Position numbers and translations under genes: made by a program. This document shows, one piece after another, positions 19,793 through 30,500 of a stretch of DNA of 64,000 bases. The notes under the pieces were generated by a model that made no database searches, was not told the DNA's origin, and saw nothing but the letters and a program-made list of their open reading frames with translations. The stretch is from an uncultured Acidobacteriota bacterium (GTDB lineage Bacteria > Acidobacteriota > Terriglobia > UBA7540): NCBI GenBank assembly GCA_963804995.1, contig CAWDSK010000006.1, positions 896,001-960,000 on the forward strand, in the 5' to 3' direction. Every line of letters begins with the position of its first letter. Position 1 is the first letter of the stretch.

Positions 19793-21787
19793 ATGTATCA
19801 GCGGTATGTCCTCATCATTTTAGTAAGCGTTGCCGTTGCGCATTCCCAGACTACGCCCCAATCGGTTGCGGGAGCGATCGAGGCCTCGATCCAGCCCGTC
19901 CCGGTCACGGCGTACCAGGTGCAGCGTTACCTGATGAACCGGATTCCAAAGCAGCAGCCGTCCGGGAGTCAGGAACTTTGGTCAGCGGAAGCAAACAAGT
20001 TACGCCAGTACATGCTCAATGACATTGCGTTCCATGGCTGGCCGCGCGAGTGGGTAGAGGCGCCACCGCGGTTTGAGGAAGCCGGACCGGTCGAGCACGG
20101 ACAAGGCTACCGCTGGCGGAAACTGCGTTTTGAAATCGTTCCCGGTTACCAGTCGACGGCGATTCTTTATGAACCGGAAAACGCCGGCGGCAAGACTCCG
20201 GCCATCTTGTACGTCGAGGGACATGAGCGCGTGGGTGGCAAGGCCGTGGAATACGCCCAGAAAGCGTGTATCAATTTCGCGAAACGCGGAATCGTGACTC
20301 TCAACCCCGAGTGGCTCGGGATGGGTGAGCTTTTTCAAAAAGAGGATGCGCACGATTACGGCACACACCTGGACCTGGTGGGCGCGAACGCCCTGGGGCT
20401 TTTTTATTTAGCGATGCGCCGCGGGCTCAACTATCTCGCCCAGCTTCCCCAGGTCGACGCCGAACGCCTGGGGGTCACAGGGCTCTCCGGGGGTGGCTGG
20501 CAAACGATTGTGCTCGGCGCACTTGACCCGCGTGTTGCGGTGATGGTGGAGGTGGCCGGGTTTGGCTCGCTCGAATCGAACCTCACTCACCCGGTCGACA
20601 CCGATGAAATCGAGGAGACGCCCACCGATTTCCTGGCGGGCCAGGACTACACGGACCTGGTCGCCCTGCGCGCCCCCCGCCCGACACTTCTGATTCACAA
20701 CGCTGAGGACGATTGCTGCTTCCGCGCAGCGCTGGTGAAGCCTTATATTTTCGACAATTTAAAGCCCTTCTTCCGAATCTTCGGGAAGGAGCAGAATCTG
20801 GCCTTCCATGAGAACCGCGATCCGGGCACGCACAACTACCAGCTCAACAACCGCCTTCAGGCTTACAAGTTCTTCGCCGAACATTTTCATTTGCCCGTGG
20901 TTACTGACGAGATTCCCAGTGGGGCAGAGTTGAAGACTTTCGATGAGCTAAGGGTGGGCTTGCCGGCCGATAACCTGACAACCGTGGGCCTGGCGAAGAG
21001 ATTCGCAGATCGCATCACCCGCCCTGCCATCCCCGCGGACTCCCCGACGCGGGAAACCTGGGCGGCAGCACAGCGACCAATTCTCAAGTCCGTCATTCGC
21101 TATAAGCCGGTGACGGTAGCCAACGCTTGGCGAATGTGGAACACCAAGGACAAGGGCCTCGAAACGCTTTCCTATCGGTTCGATTTCTCGAATGCCCTGA
21201 GCGCCACAGGTGTGTGGTTGAAAGGCATCGCCGCTCCCGCGAACGCGCCGGCGACCGTGGTCCTGAACGACAAAGGCCGCAAGGCGGCGGGGGAGGTTGT
21301 CTCCGACCGCGCCAACCGAGGTGAGCAGGTGCTCGCGCTGGACGTCATCTTCAATGGGGAAATACTGCCGCAAAGCCCCGACCCCACCGATTATGAATTC
21401 ATCGTGGCGAGTATGGGAGATCGGCCGCTGGGTCTCGAAGTGGGTCAACTGATTGGAGCCGCGAAGTGGCTGGCACATACTTCAGGGCAAACCCAGCTTC
21501 GGTTGGAGGTTGCAGGGATGCGCAGCCAGGTGGTTGCGCTCGTGGCCGCGGCGATCGAGCCCCAGTTGTTTTCAGAGGTTGTCGTCACAGGCGGTATGCG
21601 CAGCCTGGGATTTCTCCTGGACGCGGCGGTACCCATGCGCGCGGCACCGGAACTGTTCTGCCTGGATTTGTACAAAGATTTCGACCTCAACCAATTCCGG
21701 GCCATGGCCGCGCCAACGAAAATTACCGAAAAGGATTGGGTGAAGCCGGAGGCCATCACACCTCCCCCGCGCGGTGCCGGCAGGTAA
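19793..21787 (+). CDS. Secreted alpha/beta-hydrolase (acetyl-xylan-esterase-like)
   Basis: Signal peptide; GVTGLSGGG nucleophile elbow; APRPTLL, DDCCF, GTHNY; degenerate second domain. Confidence 0.75.
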   Translation: MYQRYVLIILVSVAVAHSQTTPQSVAGAIEASIQPVPVTAYQVQRYLMNRIPKQQPSGSQELWSAEANKLRQYMLNDIAFHGWPREWVEAPPRFEEAGPVEHGQGYRWRKLRFEIVPGYQSTAILYEPENAGGKTPAILYVEGHERVGGKAVEYAQKACINFAKRGIVTLNPEWLGMGELFQKEDAHDYGTHLDLVGANALGLFYLAMRRGLNYLAQLPQVDAERLGVTGLSGGGWQTIVLGALDPRVAVMVEVAGFGSLESNLTHPVDTDEIEETPTDFLAGQDYTDLVALRAPRPTLLIHNAEDDCCFRAALVKPYIFDNLKPFFRIFGKEQNLAFHENRDPGTHNYQLNNRLQAYKFFAEHFHLPVVTDEIPSGAELKTFDELRVGLPADNLTTVGLAKRFADRITRPAIPADSPTRETWAAAQRPILKSVIRYKPVTVANAWRMWNTKDKGLETLSYRFDFSNALSATGVWLKGIAAPANAPATVVLNDKGRKAAGEVVSDRANRGEQVLALDVIFNGEILPQSPDPTDYEFIVASMGDRPLGLEVGQLIGAAKWLAHTSGQTQLRLEVAGMRSQVVALVAAAIEPQLFSEVVVTGGMRSLGFLLDAAVPMRAAPELFCLDLYKDFDLNQFRAMAAPTKITEKDWVKPEAITPPPRGAGR

Positions 21788-21940
21788 GACCCTTGGATTG
21801 CGCCGCGGCCAACTCAACCACCCCCTAGCCCCAATACTGTTCACGTAAGGGGTTTGTTCCTTTGCAAGTCGTTGCTGGGATACCCCCTCACCCGTCCCGC
21901 ACTATTGCCGCGGAGCGGATTGAGGGCCTTCAGAAAGGCG

Positions 21941-22715
21941 TCACCCTTTCAGCAGCGCCTGGGCGTTCCCTTCAGAGCAACGCTTTCTCCTGATCCGCAG
22001 GCAGGCCAGCTTCCCGGACCTTGAGGTACGCGGATTCCCAGTAGAAAAAGGGAAAGTGCGAACCGAAGAGCACGCGCGTAGGAGAGATTTCCTCCATGAA
22101 CTTTGCCACGCCGCCCACTCCTTCCAGATAGGCAATGTCAAAGTAGACGTTCTCAAGCTTGCCGACTTCTGCCATGTGGCTGGTTCGAGGTCCGCCCCAA
22201 TAGCCGACGTTGAGCGCCTGAATGCGCAGGGTGGGATTCTGTTTCGCCAGATCGACGAGCGGCCCAGGATCCGTGGGCGGTACTTTCATCAGCGGGAACT
22301 GGGTGCGCGGGTCCTCCATGCAGAGCGCAATCTGGAGCAGCATTTTGCGTCCGGCCACGAGCGAGAACAGTTCGGCAGCCGCCGGATCATCCAGCCCGTA
22401 GCCATGATAGCTCGGGTAGAGGCGAATGCCTGGCATCTTGTGCACTTCCTGGCAACGCCGCAGGTCTTCCTGCCAGTCCGGCTCCTTGGGATTGACCGTC
22501 CCGAAGGGAACCAGGAAATTCGGCCCGTGCTGGCGGCAAGCGGCTGCCAGGCGGCTGTTCACACCGGCCACGTCCCGATGCAGCAGCCCCTCATAGCTCC
22601 CCGCCCAGGCTTGCGTTACACCCTTTTTGCGAAGCAGTGCTACAAGCTCAGCAGGATCATCACCCGGTATGCGGCGGAATGGCCAGCGGAACAGATCTAC
22701 GTTGGTGTCAATCAT
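21941..22715 (-). CDS. Amidohydrolase_2-family metal-dependent hydrolase (annotated stop 21972; probable frameshift, natural end 21941)
   Basis: MIDTN, GIRLYP, NVYFDI, RVLFGSHFP; the tail GNAQALL continues in another frame. Confidence 0.75.
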
Positions 22716-22900
22716 GCTGTTATCCCTTTCGTTTTCAAAATGGGTTGTACGAGGCGGCGCATATTCTCACGCAAGATCAGGCGGCGTGTGGAGTCAGGGA
22801 TGTCCGCCCCCATCACCTTCGGAATCGCCGAGGCAAAGCTGCGTTCTTGGATGTCACTGCCCATGCAGAACGCAGTCCGGTCCGAATTCCCGCACAGTCT
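22712..22900 (-). pseudogene. C-terminal remnant of a second amidohydrolase
   Basis: GSD...RSFAS..PKVMGADIPDSTRRLILRENMRRL resembles an amidohydrolase C-terminus; no N-terminal part present. Confidence 0.55.
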
Positions 22901-22975
22901 CCCGCGCGCTTCGCAAGATATTACCACTGATTGTTGGGGTCGGGCTGCCGTGATCTCCCAACTGCGGATCGGAGG

Positions 22976-23806
22976 TTAAGGAAGGCGAGCCGCCAGAGGC
23001 GCGGCCAGTTCAGCGGGATGAGTCCCCTCGGGCAGATTGGCGAAGCCGGCAATGGTGCGCCCTTTGCGGAAGAAGCACAGGCCCCCGAGGTAGGGGTCGC
23101 GGGTCACAAATGCCTCATCGGCCACCTGAACCTGCAAGGTCTGGTCAAATCGCTGGCGCAACTTGGCCATGATGGCGGCGGCGGATTCCGGTGAAGCTTC
23201 TACCACCACAAATGCTTTGCCCAATTCGTACTGAGCAACGTAGCCACGTTTCAGGAGGCGTATTCCCAATACGCTCTCCGGAACCAGCCGGACCGAGGTG
23301 AGCTTCGCTGCAGGAAACCAGCTTACTGCATCGGGAGGAGTACCGCGGCCACTGATCCGTTTCTCGATCGCAGCAACAAAGGTCTGAAGGGTGAGTGTGT
23401 GATCCTTATCAGAGGGGGCAGTCAGTTCAACGTAGTACTTGCCTTTCGAGAACATGGCGCGCCGCGATTGGATCTGGCCACCCATGCCGATTCGCGCAAT
23501 CGGCTGGCCCGGGTTCAGCCGATCCAGAAAGAGACCGTAGGCTCCCTCCGCATCGGACATTTCCGAGACATCAATCACCAGGGTGTCACTACCGGATTTA
23601 CAGGTAAGGTTTTGGAGTCGGAGGAAATCGTAGATCAGGAATCCTTCTGCATCTCCATCCAGATACTCAAAAAGATTGTCGGCCCCAAAGGTACGCGCTG
23701 CCCCGTCCTGCTCCCATCCGGGCACGAGGCGGCAGTCAGCCACCTCCCCTGCCGAGGCAGCGGAGGCCACAATGATAACGAAGAGAAAGCTTTTAAGAAT
23801 GTTCAC
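22976..23806 (-). CDS. Secreted protein (DUF6599-like)
   Basis: GTG start overlapping the upstream stop; signal peptide; NLFEYLDGDAE..L.Y.F, AYGLF, KGKYYVEL. Confidence 0.6.
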   Translation of the reverse strand: MNILKSFLFVIIVASAASAGEVADCRLVPGWEQDGAARTFGADNLFEYLDGDAEGFLIYDFLRLQNLTCKSGSDTLVIDVSEMSDAEGAYGLFLDRLNPGQPIARIGMGGQIQSRRAMFSKGKYYVELTAPSDKDHTLTLQTFVAAIEKRISGRGTPPDAVSWFPAAKLTSVRLVPESVLGIRLLKRGYVAQYELGKAFVVVEASPESAAAIMAKLRQRFDQTLQVQVADEAFVTRDPYLGGLCFFRKGRTIAGFANLPEGTHPAELAAPLAARLP

Positions 23807-24978
23807 CCGAACAATTCCTGTGCGCGGCTGAGCCGGCTCGAAACGCGCACGCCGAAGGGGCAAGTGACCGTGCAACTGGGGCACTCGGTGCACCGAACTG
23901 CCGCGATTTCCTTGGGTAACTGCCTAAATCCTTCCCGCCCAAGTGCAAACTGGCCATAGCCCTCGGAGTAGGTGAGGTACCGCAACATGTCTGCCACCGG
24001 CAAGCCCTTCGCACAGTTCCCATCACACTTCCCGCACATTCGGCAATAAAGCGGGCTGATGGATTCCAGATGCGCCGCCAGGAGTTTCTCCTCATGCGGC
24101 GTAAACGGTTCAGCCATGGCTTTCAGGTTCTCATCGAGTTGGTCCATGTCGGTCATGCTGGGAACGGTGGTTCGAATATGCGGATTCTTCACCACCCATT
24201 TCAAGGCGGCGAGCATCACGCCTTCCCGCTTGAGTTTCGGATACAGAGGGTCACCCGGCCTGACCTTGCGATAGCCTCCGGCCATGACCTTCATCGCCAC
24301 CACGCCCATGCCCATCTCACTGGCTTGCTGGATTGCCCCTGCGAGGGCAGGATCCATACTGAAATTGAAGGCGGTAAGCACCACGTCGACCGCGCCATTC
24401 TTTGCCAACCAGGGAATCAATTCCACCTGGCCGCCGTGCGTACTGACGCCGGCGAAGCGAGTTTTGCCTTGCATTTTGGCGAGCTGTTGGGCTTCGAGGA
24501 GATCATCCGTCACTTCGGCGGGGCTGCCCTTGCCGTGCAGATACCAGATGTCCACGTAATCGGTTCCCAGTTCGCGCAGGCTGGTCTCAAGGTCTTTCAG
24601 CGCTGCGTCTTTGTGGTCTGCCCCCGATTTCGTGGAGAGAAAAACGTCTTTACGTTTGCGTTTAAGCGCGCCGCCCACCATACGTTCGTTGTTGCCGTGC
24701 TGATAGCCGCGAGCCGTATCGAAATAGTTGATTCCCAGGTCAGCGGCGCGTTCAACCACGCTCGGGTCAGAGGTTACCATGCATCCAAATCCCACTGTCG
24801 TGACTTGCATGCCGGTCTTGCCCAGGGTGCGGTAGAAAAGCTGGGGTGTGGTGCGTGTAGACGATCTGGAAGTTGGATGTTCGGCCGTTTCGTGCACACC
24901 CAGAGAAGAGGCAAGATTCGCTACGGGCAATGCGAGTCCTGCCGATAAGAAGGCTCGACGTGATGCATCGATTCCCAT
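23803..24978 (-). CDS. Aldo/keto reductase with C-terminal 4Fe-4S motifs and Tat-like leader
   Basis: SRRAFL; RTLGKTG, GINYFDTARGY, LSTK, AMK; CRMCGKCDGNC and CTECPSCTVTCP. Confidence 0.85.
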   Translation of the reverse strand: MGIDASRRAFLSAGLALPVANLASSLGVHETAEHPTSRSSTRTTPQLFYRTLGKTGMQVTTVGFGCMVTSDPSVVERAADLGINYFDTARGYQHGNNERMVGGALKRKRKDVFLSTKSGADHKDAALKDLETSLRELGTDYVDIWYLHGKGSPAEVTDDLLEAQQLAKMQGKTRFAGVSTHGGQVELIPWLAKNGAVDVVLTAFNFSMDPALAGAIQQASEMGMGVVAMKVMAGGYRKVRPGDPLYPKLKREGVMLAALKWVVKNPHIRTTVPSMTDMDQLDENLKAMAEPFTPHEEKLLAAHLESISPLYCRMCGKCDGNCAKGLPVADMLRYLTYSEGYGQFALGREGFRQLPKEIAAVRCTECPSCTVTCPFGVRVSSRLSRAQELFG

Positions 24979-25104
24979 ATGACCCTTTCCCTGCCCGGAT
25001 GTGCGGCCTTGCAGAATTTCATGCTTTAAGGCCACCGATGAGCCGGAGGGGCGAGCAGGGCTCACCCCGAGGCCGAACGCCATTCGGCCCTACACAAGAT
25101 GCTC

Positions 25105-26181
25105 TTAACCAACCTTAGGCGGCAGTGTTGTCATAGGGCCCATCCACTCGAGCTGCAGATTGAGGTCACCATGCAGTTGGTACTTCCTGCTCACGTCAGC
25201 GATGGCGGCGCCTTGCACATCGATTTTCGCGAGGTCGTACTGCCCCAAGCCAGCCTGTCCGCAATACTGCAAATACCCCACCCAGTCCGCCTTGATCCCC
25301 ATGGTTTCCAAAGCCACACGGTCGGCAGCCACAAAATCCGTGGAGGCCAGCGCGATTCGGGAAGGAACAGGCGTACCCTCCGTCGGGCCCTGTCCTTCCA
25401 TTCCTTCAAACCCGTCAATCACCGCCACACCCCAATGGGGCTGCAATTTTTGCGCGGTCATCAGCATGTTGTAATGGGTCTGGCGGATTCCCGTGTGGTA
25501 GTTCGACTTATCGCTCCATTCCGGCGTTTCTCCCGGAGCGTTGTGCAAGGGTGCGCCCAGCACCATGTTCTTCACCGACATGGTCGCCACCACCGTGTCG
25601 TGTGTCTTCAGAATCGCCGCGCAGATGACAAACCCTTCCGGATCGAGCAATCGCGCCGCCAGCCGCGTCCGCACCGGATGCAGGTCGTAGTCAACCAGTT
25701 GAATAGGTTCATAGCGGGCTTCCTGGTTGAGATCGACCAGGCTCACCTGCTGCGGCCGGTATTCAGGAATCACTTCTGCATAGTGGAAACTCTCAAAACC
25801 CTCCAGGGTTTTCTCCGCGGAAGATTCGGCGATTACCACCGGGCCTTTGAAGCGCGGCGCAAGGTAATCCAGAATGCCCCGCAGAGCATCAACGTGCGTC
25901 GACGCCAGTTGCTTCGAGGTCGAGACATTATTCGGCTTTATGATCACATACTTCTTGCCCATCAGTTTGGGTCGAATCTGGTCGTCGATGGCGGTAAGCG
26001 CATTCGTAATGTTCTTGCGGCGATCCTCCCCTTCGACCAAAGCCACTCGCGACCTGCCGACAGTTTGACTTGCGGTTGTCGGCGCCATGAAGGCGTGCAG
26101 CGGTGGGGTTTCGAGAAAACGGTTGGCTACAACCAAGCCAGTTCCTGCTACTTGTAAAAAGCGGCGGCGAGAACAACTCAT
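25105..26181 (-). CDS. Tat-exported DUF362 protein
   Basis: SRRRFL; IKPN, LKTH, SVKN, IDG..GMEGQGP, STDFVAAD; RBS GAGGAG. Confidence 0.85.
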   Translation of the reverse strand: MSCSRRRFLQVAGTGLVVANRFLETPPLHAFMAPTTASQTVGRSRVALVEGEDRRKNITNALTAIDDQIRPKLMGKKYVIIKPNNVSTSKQLASTHVDALRGILDYLAPRFKGPVVIAESSAEKTLEGFESFHYAEVIPEYRPQQVSLVDLNQEARYEPIQLVDYDLHPVRTRLAARLLDPEGFVICAAILKTHDTVVATMSVKNMVLGAPLHNAPGETPEWSDKSNYHTGIRQTHYNMLMTAQKLQPHWGVAVIDGFEGMEGQGPTEGTPVPSRIALASTDFVAADRVALETMGIKADWVGYLQYCGQAGLGQYDLAKIDVQGAAIADVSRKYQLHGDLNLQLEWMGPMTTLPPKVG

Positions 26182-27073
26182 AAGCGTGAACTCTCCTCGT
26201 GAAATTTGATAGATCGGTGACGAATCTTAAGGCGAGGACCTTCGAGGCGTGAGGGGCGTGAACACCAGCTCGGGGACGAAGCGAGCAGGACTAACATTCG
26301 AGGAGGACCATTGCCTGGTCCTGCCCCGCCCGGCTATCCCTGTTTCTCGGACAACGCCGAACCTGGGCTCACCGGGCACCCCCATTGTGCCTGCAAGGAA
26401 GTCCGTTGGCAAGGGGTATTGAACCACCAAGACACCAAGCCACGAAGAGAGCAAGGAAACCGAGGAATTTGCGCTGCAGGTCCCTGATGCTGCATTTGTG
26501 GTGCGAACGGCGCTCGCTGCCTACTACTTTCCGCCTTCTGCCTTCTATCTCCTGAATCCATCTGCGGCATCCTTCAATCCGCCCCTCGCCCTCTGTTCGG
26601 ACAATTTGATTGATTTATTTCATTTTTGGGCTACCGGTAGCCCAAACCTCTACATTGCCCATTGACATAGCCCAGGCGATCAAGAGCACAATAGAGGTGA
26701 GGCAGCGTTGCGCCATGATGTGTCCAGACAGCCCTTTCTACCGAACAACCACGGGTCCCCAAATCGGGGGTCTGCCATGCCATCCCGTGAATGCAGGTTG
26801 TGTTTGCAAACATTTTTCTGTGACCTCTGCATTCCGAAGAGCTTTCACACAGAGGTCACGGAGACGCTATGGGCGCACTGTGTTGAAGCTTGCGAGGCAC
26901 GGAGGACACGGAGAGTTTCGTTGCGGCCCCGCGGCGCTATTCGGTTCGCTCCCTCTGGAGTTTCGTATGTTCTTCCTCATGCGGCATCGGGTGAGTCTGG
27001 CGGCACGGGAGGCGTGGATTTGCCATTGCACCCGACGAACACGCCGACCAACGTCCAGGAAGGGGTACTGATC

Positions 27074-29018
27074 GGTTCTGTCAAAAGTTTTATGAAAGGT
27101 AATGAAGGGTCGGGAGGTGGGTAGAGCTGGGGGATTTGCCCCCAGACCCCCAGGATTTATCGCTTTGGTGCCAAGATGGGTCTGGACTGGGGGAGCGAGT
27201 GGGGCTCGCTCCCGACCGATCTCGGCCCCGGGGTCGGCGCTCAGGTCGCATCCCTGCGGAGCCCTATCCTCCGCCCCGGCCACCGCGAAGTTTACTCCCA
27301 CCGGGCTCAGGCCGCCAGGGCGAGAGCGAGGATCTTGTTCCACTGGCCTTGCAAGGTGGTGAGGGAACTCAACTCCGGCAAGGGGATGGGTACGCGGTAG
27401 CCCAGGGCCAGATGGGGGCGAAGGAAGTTGTAGTGGGTGACGAACAGGGTGGTGAGGGCCACGGCGCCGTTGCGCGTGGCAAAGCCGCAAGCCGGGCGGA
27501 CGTGGTATTTGTAGGTGCGATTGAGACGTTCGATGAGTTGCTTGAAGGGGCGGAATTCCTTGGAGACCGCGTCGAGGTTTTCCAGGCCGATGACCTGCCG
27601 CAAGGTATGGGGAGGTTGGGAAGCGGTGCGGTGAGCGTTGAGGAAGTGTACGCCGGCCTGATAAGCGGGGTTGCCGTCGGTGATGAAACGCAGGGCCTGA
27701 TCTTCGGGCAAGGTGCGCGCGGCCTCGCCCAGGGCCACGGTGGCGGCCAAGGCATCGCGCTCCGGCGCCACGTGATAGGACGTGATGCGATGCCCTTGGG
27801 GATCGAGAAAGAAGAACGTGTATGGGTGCTTCCCCGCGACGCGAATATAAGTCTCGTCGCCGGTGGCGGTGGCGCTGAGCGGGGCTTTGTAGCGGAGGTT
27901 GAAGGCGTGGCAGTAGTAAGCGGCGGCCTGGGCATAGTTGAGAACGGACTGGTAGCTGAGAGGCACGCCGAAGACTTGCCGCAGGACCTGGGCGGTCTTG
28001 CGGGCGGAGAGGGCGAAAGAGATGTGGAAGGCCAACACCAGGCCCAAGACATCGGAAGAACGATGCAGACGGGTGAGGTCGACGGTGGGCGGATCGGGAG
28101 CGGTGGGGGCCAGTTGGGCGGGTTGAAAGTGGTATTCGCGATACTGGTAACGCAGCTTGAACTGCGTGCGGCGCAGCTTCTGGAGCAACTTCTCGTTCCA
28201 GTGCAGGGCTTGCTGCTTCTGGAGATAGTGAGGACAACGCTCGCCAGGACATTTGTAGATGGTGCAATCGGCACGCTGCTTCCAGCGGAAGAGGGAGCTG
28301 CCGCAGTAGGGGCACCAGTAAGGAGTTTTCGTCGGGCGATGACAACGAGCGATTTGCGACAGCCGGCCACAGACTTTGCAGCGCAGTTGGCGGGCGTGAC
28401 GGCCATCGTTGAGGTAGAGGAAGTCGCGCGGTGCGCCGCAGTGGGCACAACGACAAGTGGGAGGCAGGGGGTGGGCGCCAGAACGCTGAATCGGAGCCAA
28501 CGGTCGGCGGTGCTGGCGCTGGTACTGAGCCAGCAACTGCCGCCAGTTCCAGGTGCGAGGTGCCGGAGGCGGCTGGGTCAAGGGAGCCAGAGGGTCAACG
28601 TAGAAGTCGCGATAGTGTGGATGCTGCTGGCGAAAGTCGTCGCGGGGTTGAGGCTCGGGCTGGCGCCCGGCGAGAATCTCTTGCAGTTGCTCGACCAGTT
28701 CCTGCAAATCCTGGCGGGTAAATTTCCTACAGAGCCAAAGCACCAATCGTGGTATCTTGCCCATGGCGGTGAGTCTCTCGGGAACCTGGCGGGTTCCCTA
28801 CAAGGTGGATTGGGAAAGAGAGACTTCACCGCCCTTTTTGTTTGCCGTCAAGCCCCACGACGCAGTTACGTCCAGGAACTTAAGCGCGGCAACCCGACCG
28901 CACCTCACGCCAACGTCCTAGTCAAGCGCACCCGGAGGGGGGAGAAAGCAGAAAATCCAGTTTCTCCCAGCAATTCAATGGGTTATCGCCTTAGGGGACA
29001 AAAATTCTTGACACAACC
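27074..29018 (-). mobile_element. IS6-like insertion sequence (~1945 bp)
   Basis: Imperfect terminal inverted repeats GGTTCTGTCAAAAGTTT / GGTTGTGTCAAGAATTT (GG-starting, IS6-like); flanks GTACTGATC / GCACAGATC are only a degenerate duplication. Confidence 0.75.
27307..28764 (-). CDS. DDE transposase (IS6/IS240-like catalytic domain) with N-terminal Cys clusters
   Basis: GDETY, ITDG..AY, LIERLNRTYK, HYNFLRPH; CAHC, CKVC, CPYC, C..ERC. Confidence 0.85.
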   Translation of the reverse strand: MGKIPRLVLWLCRKFTRQDLQELVEQLQEILAGRQPEPQPRDDFRQQHPHYRDFYVDPLAPLTQPPPAPRTWNWRQLLAQYQRQHRRPLAPIQRSGAHPLPPTCRCAHCGAPRDFLYLNDGRHARQLRCKVCGRLSQIARCHRPTKTPYWCPYCGSSLFRWKQRADCTIYKCPGERCPHYLQKQQALHWNEKLLQKLRRTQFKLRYQYREYHFQPAQLAPTAPDPPTVDLTRLHRSSDVLGLVLAFHISFALSARKTAQVLRQVFGVPLSYQSVLNYAQAAAYYCHAFNLRYKAPLSATATGDETYIRVAGKHPYTFFFLDPQGHRITSYHVAPERDALAATVALGEAARTLPEDQALRFITDGNPAYQAGVHFLNAHRTASQPPHTLRQVIGLENLDAVSKEFRPFKQLIERLNRTYKYHVRPACGFATRNGAVALTTLFVTHYNFLRPHLALGYRVPIPLPELSSLTTLQGQWNKILALALAA

Positions 29019-29037
29019 GCACAGATCGTAGAGATGT

Positions 29038-29816
29038 TAAAAATGAAGGTCGATCCGGGGATGTGTATGAAAACACAGGATAGGGGACAATTTGTCTGGC
29101 TATTATTCGACCTTTTTGCAGAAAATTCCGGAGTTTTGTGACAATCGACGGCAATCGAACGGGATTGTTGGCCGACAATGCACAGGTTATACGGAAATTC
29201 GGGGCGAATCAGCGCCGACCTTTAGAGCCCTCCCCGAACACTTCGCGGTTATGGGGGCGCCAGCCTGCCCCGGAATTGGGCAACCCCCGCCCCCCCGATC
29301 AGGTCCCGCAGAGGGGCGGAGAGCAGAGGGCAAAAATAGAGGGGTAGCGGCGGATTTACCTTGCCCAAGGAGGCGTCCCGATAGGATCGGGATGGATTCC
29401 GTCACGTCGGCATCCAGTTGGCTCGCCACCCTATGCCACGATGTTTCAGATAACAAAAGGAGTTAGCGAAGAGGAGCAAAAACTATCAAAATGTAACTCA
29501 TTGAAACAACAAGACTAATTCAATCTGCGGAAATTTACTCAACCCCCTAAGCCACGATGTTATAGAAAGCAAAAGGGGTTAGCAATGGAGAGAGGAAACG
29601 TGGCAAAAATCTATCTGATTGAAATAAGGAGAGTTAATCGATTCTGTTGCAAATGGGGTGAGGAAAAAAGGGGGATTAAAAATGAAGGAAGAACCCACGA
29701 TGTTGTTGAAAACAAAGAAAGAAGGAAGTGACATTGTGACTAATGCCACGATGTTGCTGAAAAATAAGGTAGTTATAATTGTAAAGCCACGATGTTTATG
29801 AAAATAAAGGGACTTA
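29038..29816. repeat. Cluster of degenerate A-rich repeats, consensus about CCACGATGTTnnnGAAAAnAAAGGnGTTA
   Basis: Copies at 29435, 29551, 29694, 29745, 29786; weaker copies near 29055, 29495, 29615. Confidence 0.75.
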
Positions 29817-30061
29817 CTGGATGTGATGGGGGAAAGGAAAGAACGAACCCTGCAGCGAGAAAAGGGCCGAAAGGTGCAATAGCCGTTGTACGGGGCGTCA
29901 AAAGCGGTGATGTCCGCTGCCCCAACCGACCCGCCGCGGCCCCCTACCTCGGCCACCGGTTGTCACTGCGAGGACAAATGACCGCGATGGCCCGGGGGAC
30001 CCTCGGCGAGCGACCAACGCCGCCGACCGAATGCCGCCCGCCCGTGAGACACTCCCCCCCT

Positions 30062-30500
30062 CGGTTATCGGTGGACTCGACGCTGACGATAGGGGAAATT
30101 GGGTGGCCCACAACAGCAGCTTACCCCCTCACCCGTCCCGCCCCGGCTGGTGAGAACGCCGGCGGCGGTCCACCCTCTCCCCCGAGAGAGGGCTATGAAC
30201 TTTCGCCATGGACCGATGATCAAATCACCCGATTGTCTGACGCGGCCGCCCCACACTTCCCCGCTTCGGTTATCGGCGGGTTCGACGCCAGGGATGAGGC
30301 AAATTCAGTGGCCCGTGACAAGCGGCTTGACCCCTCACCCGTCCCGCCCCGGCTGGTGAAAACGCCGGCGGCAGTCCACCCTCTCCCCTCGGAGAGGGCT
30401 ATGAATTTTCGCTTTGGGCTGATGAAGCGATCGCCCGATCTCCCGATCAACCGATCCCCTGACGCCGCCGGCCCACACTCCCTCATATCGGCTATCGGCA
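30062..30500. repeat. ~207-bp degenerate tandem duplication carrying the CCCTCACCC...CCCTCTCCC...GAGAGGG palindromic element
   Basis: Near-identical cores at 30124-30199 and 30331-30405; related start CCCCTCACCCGTCCCGC also near 21884. Confidence 0.75.

Noticed and set aside
26867..29031. Long overlapping ORFs (529, 631, 359 aa)
   Set aside because: Alternative frames or antisense of the GC-rich transposase
29435..29816. Possible CRISPR array
   Set aside because: Repeats degenerate, spacing irregular, no cas genes in the window
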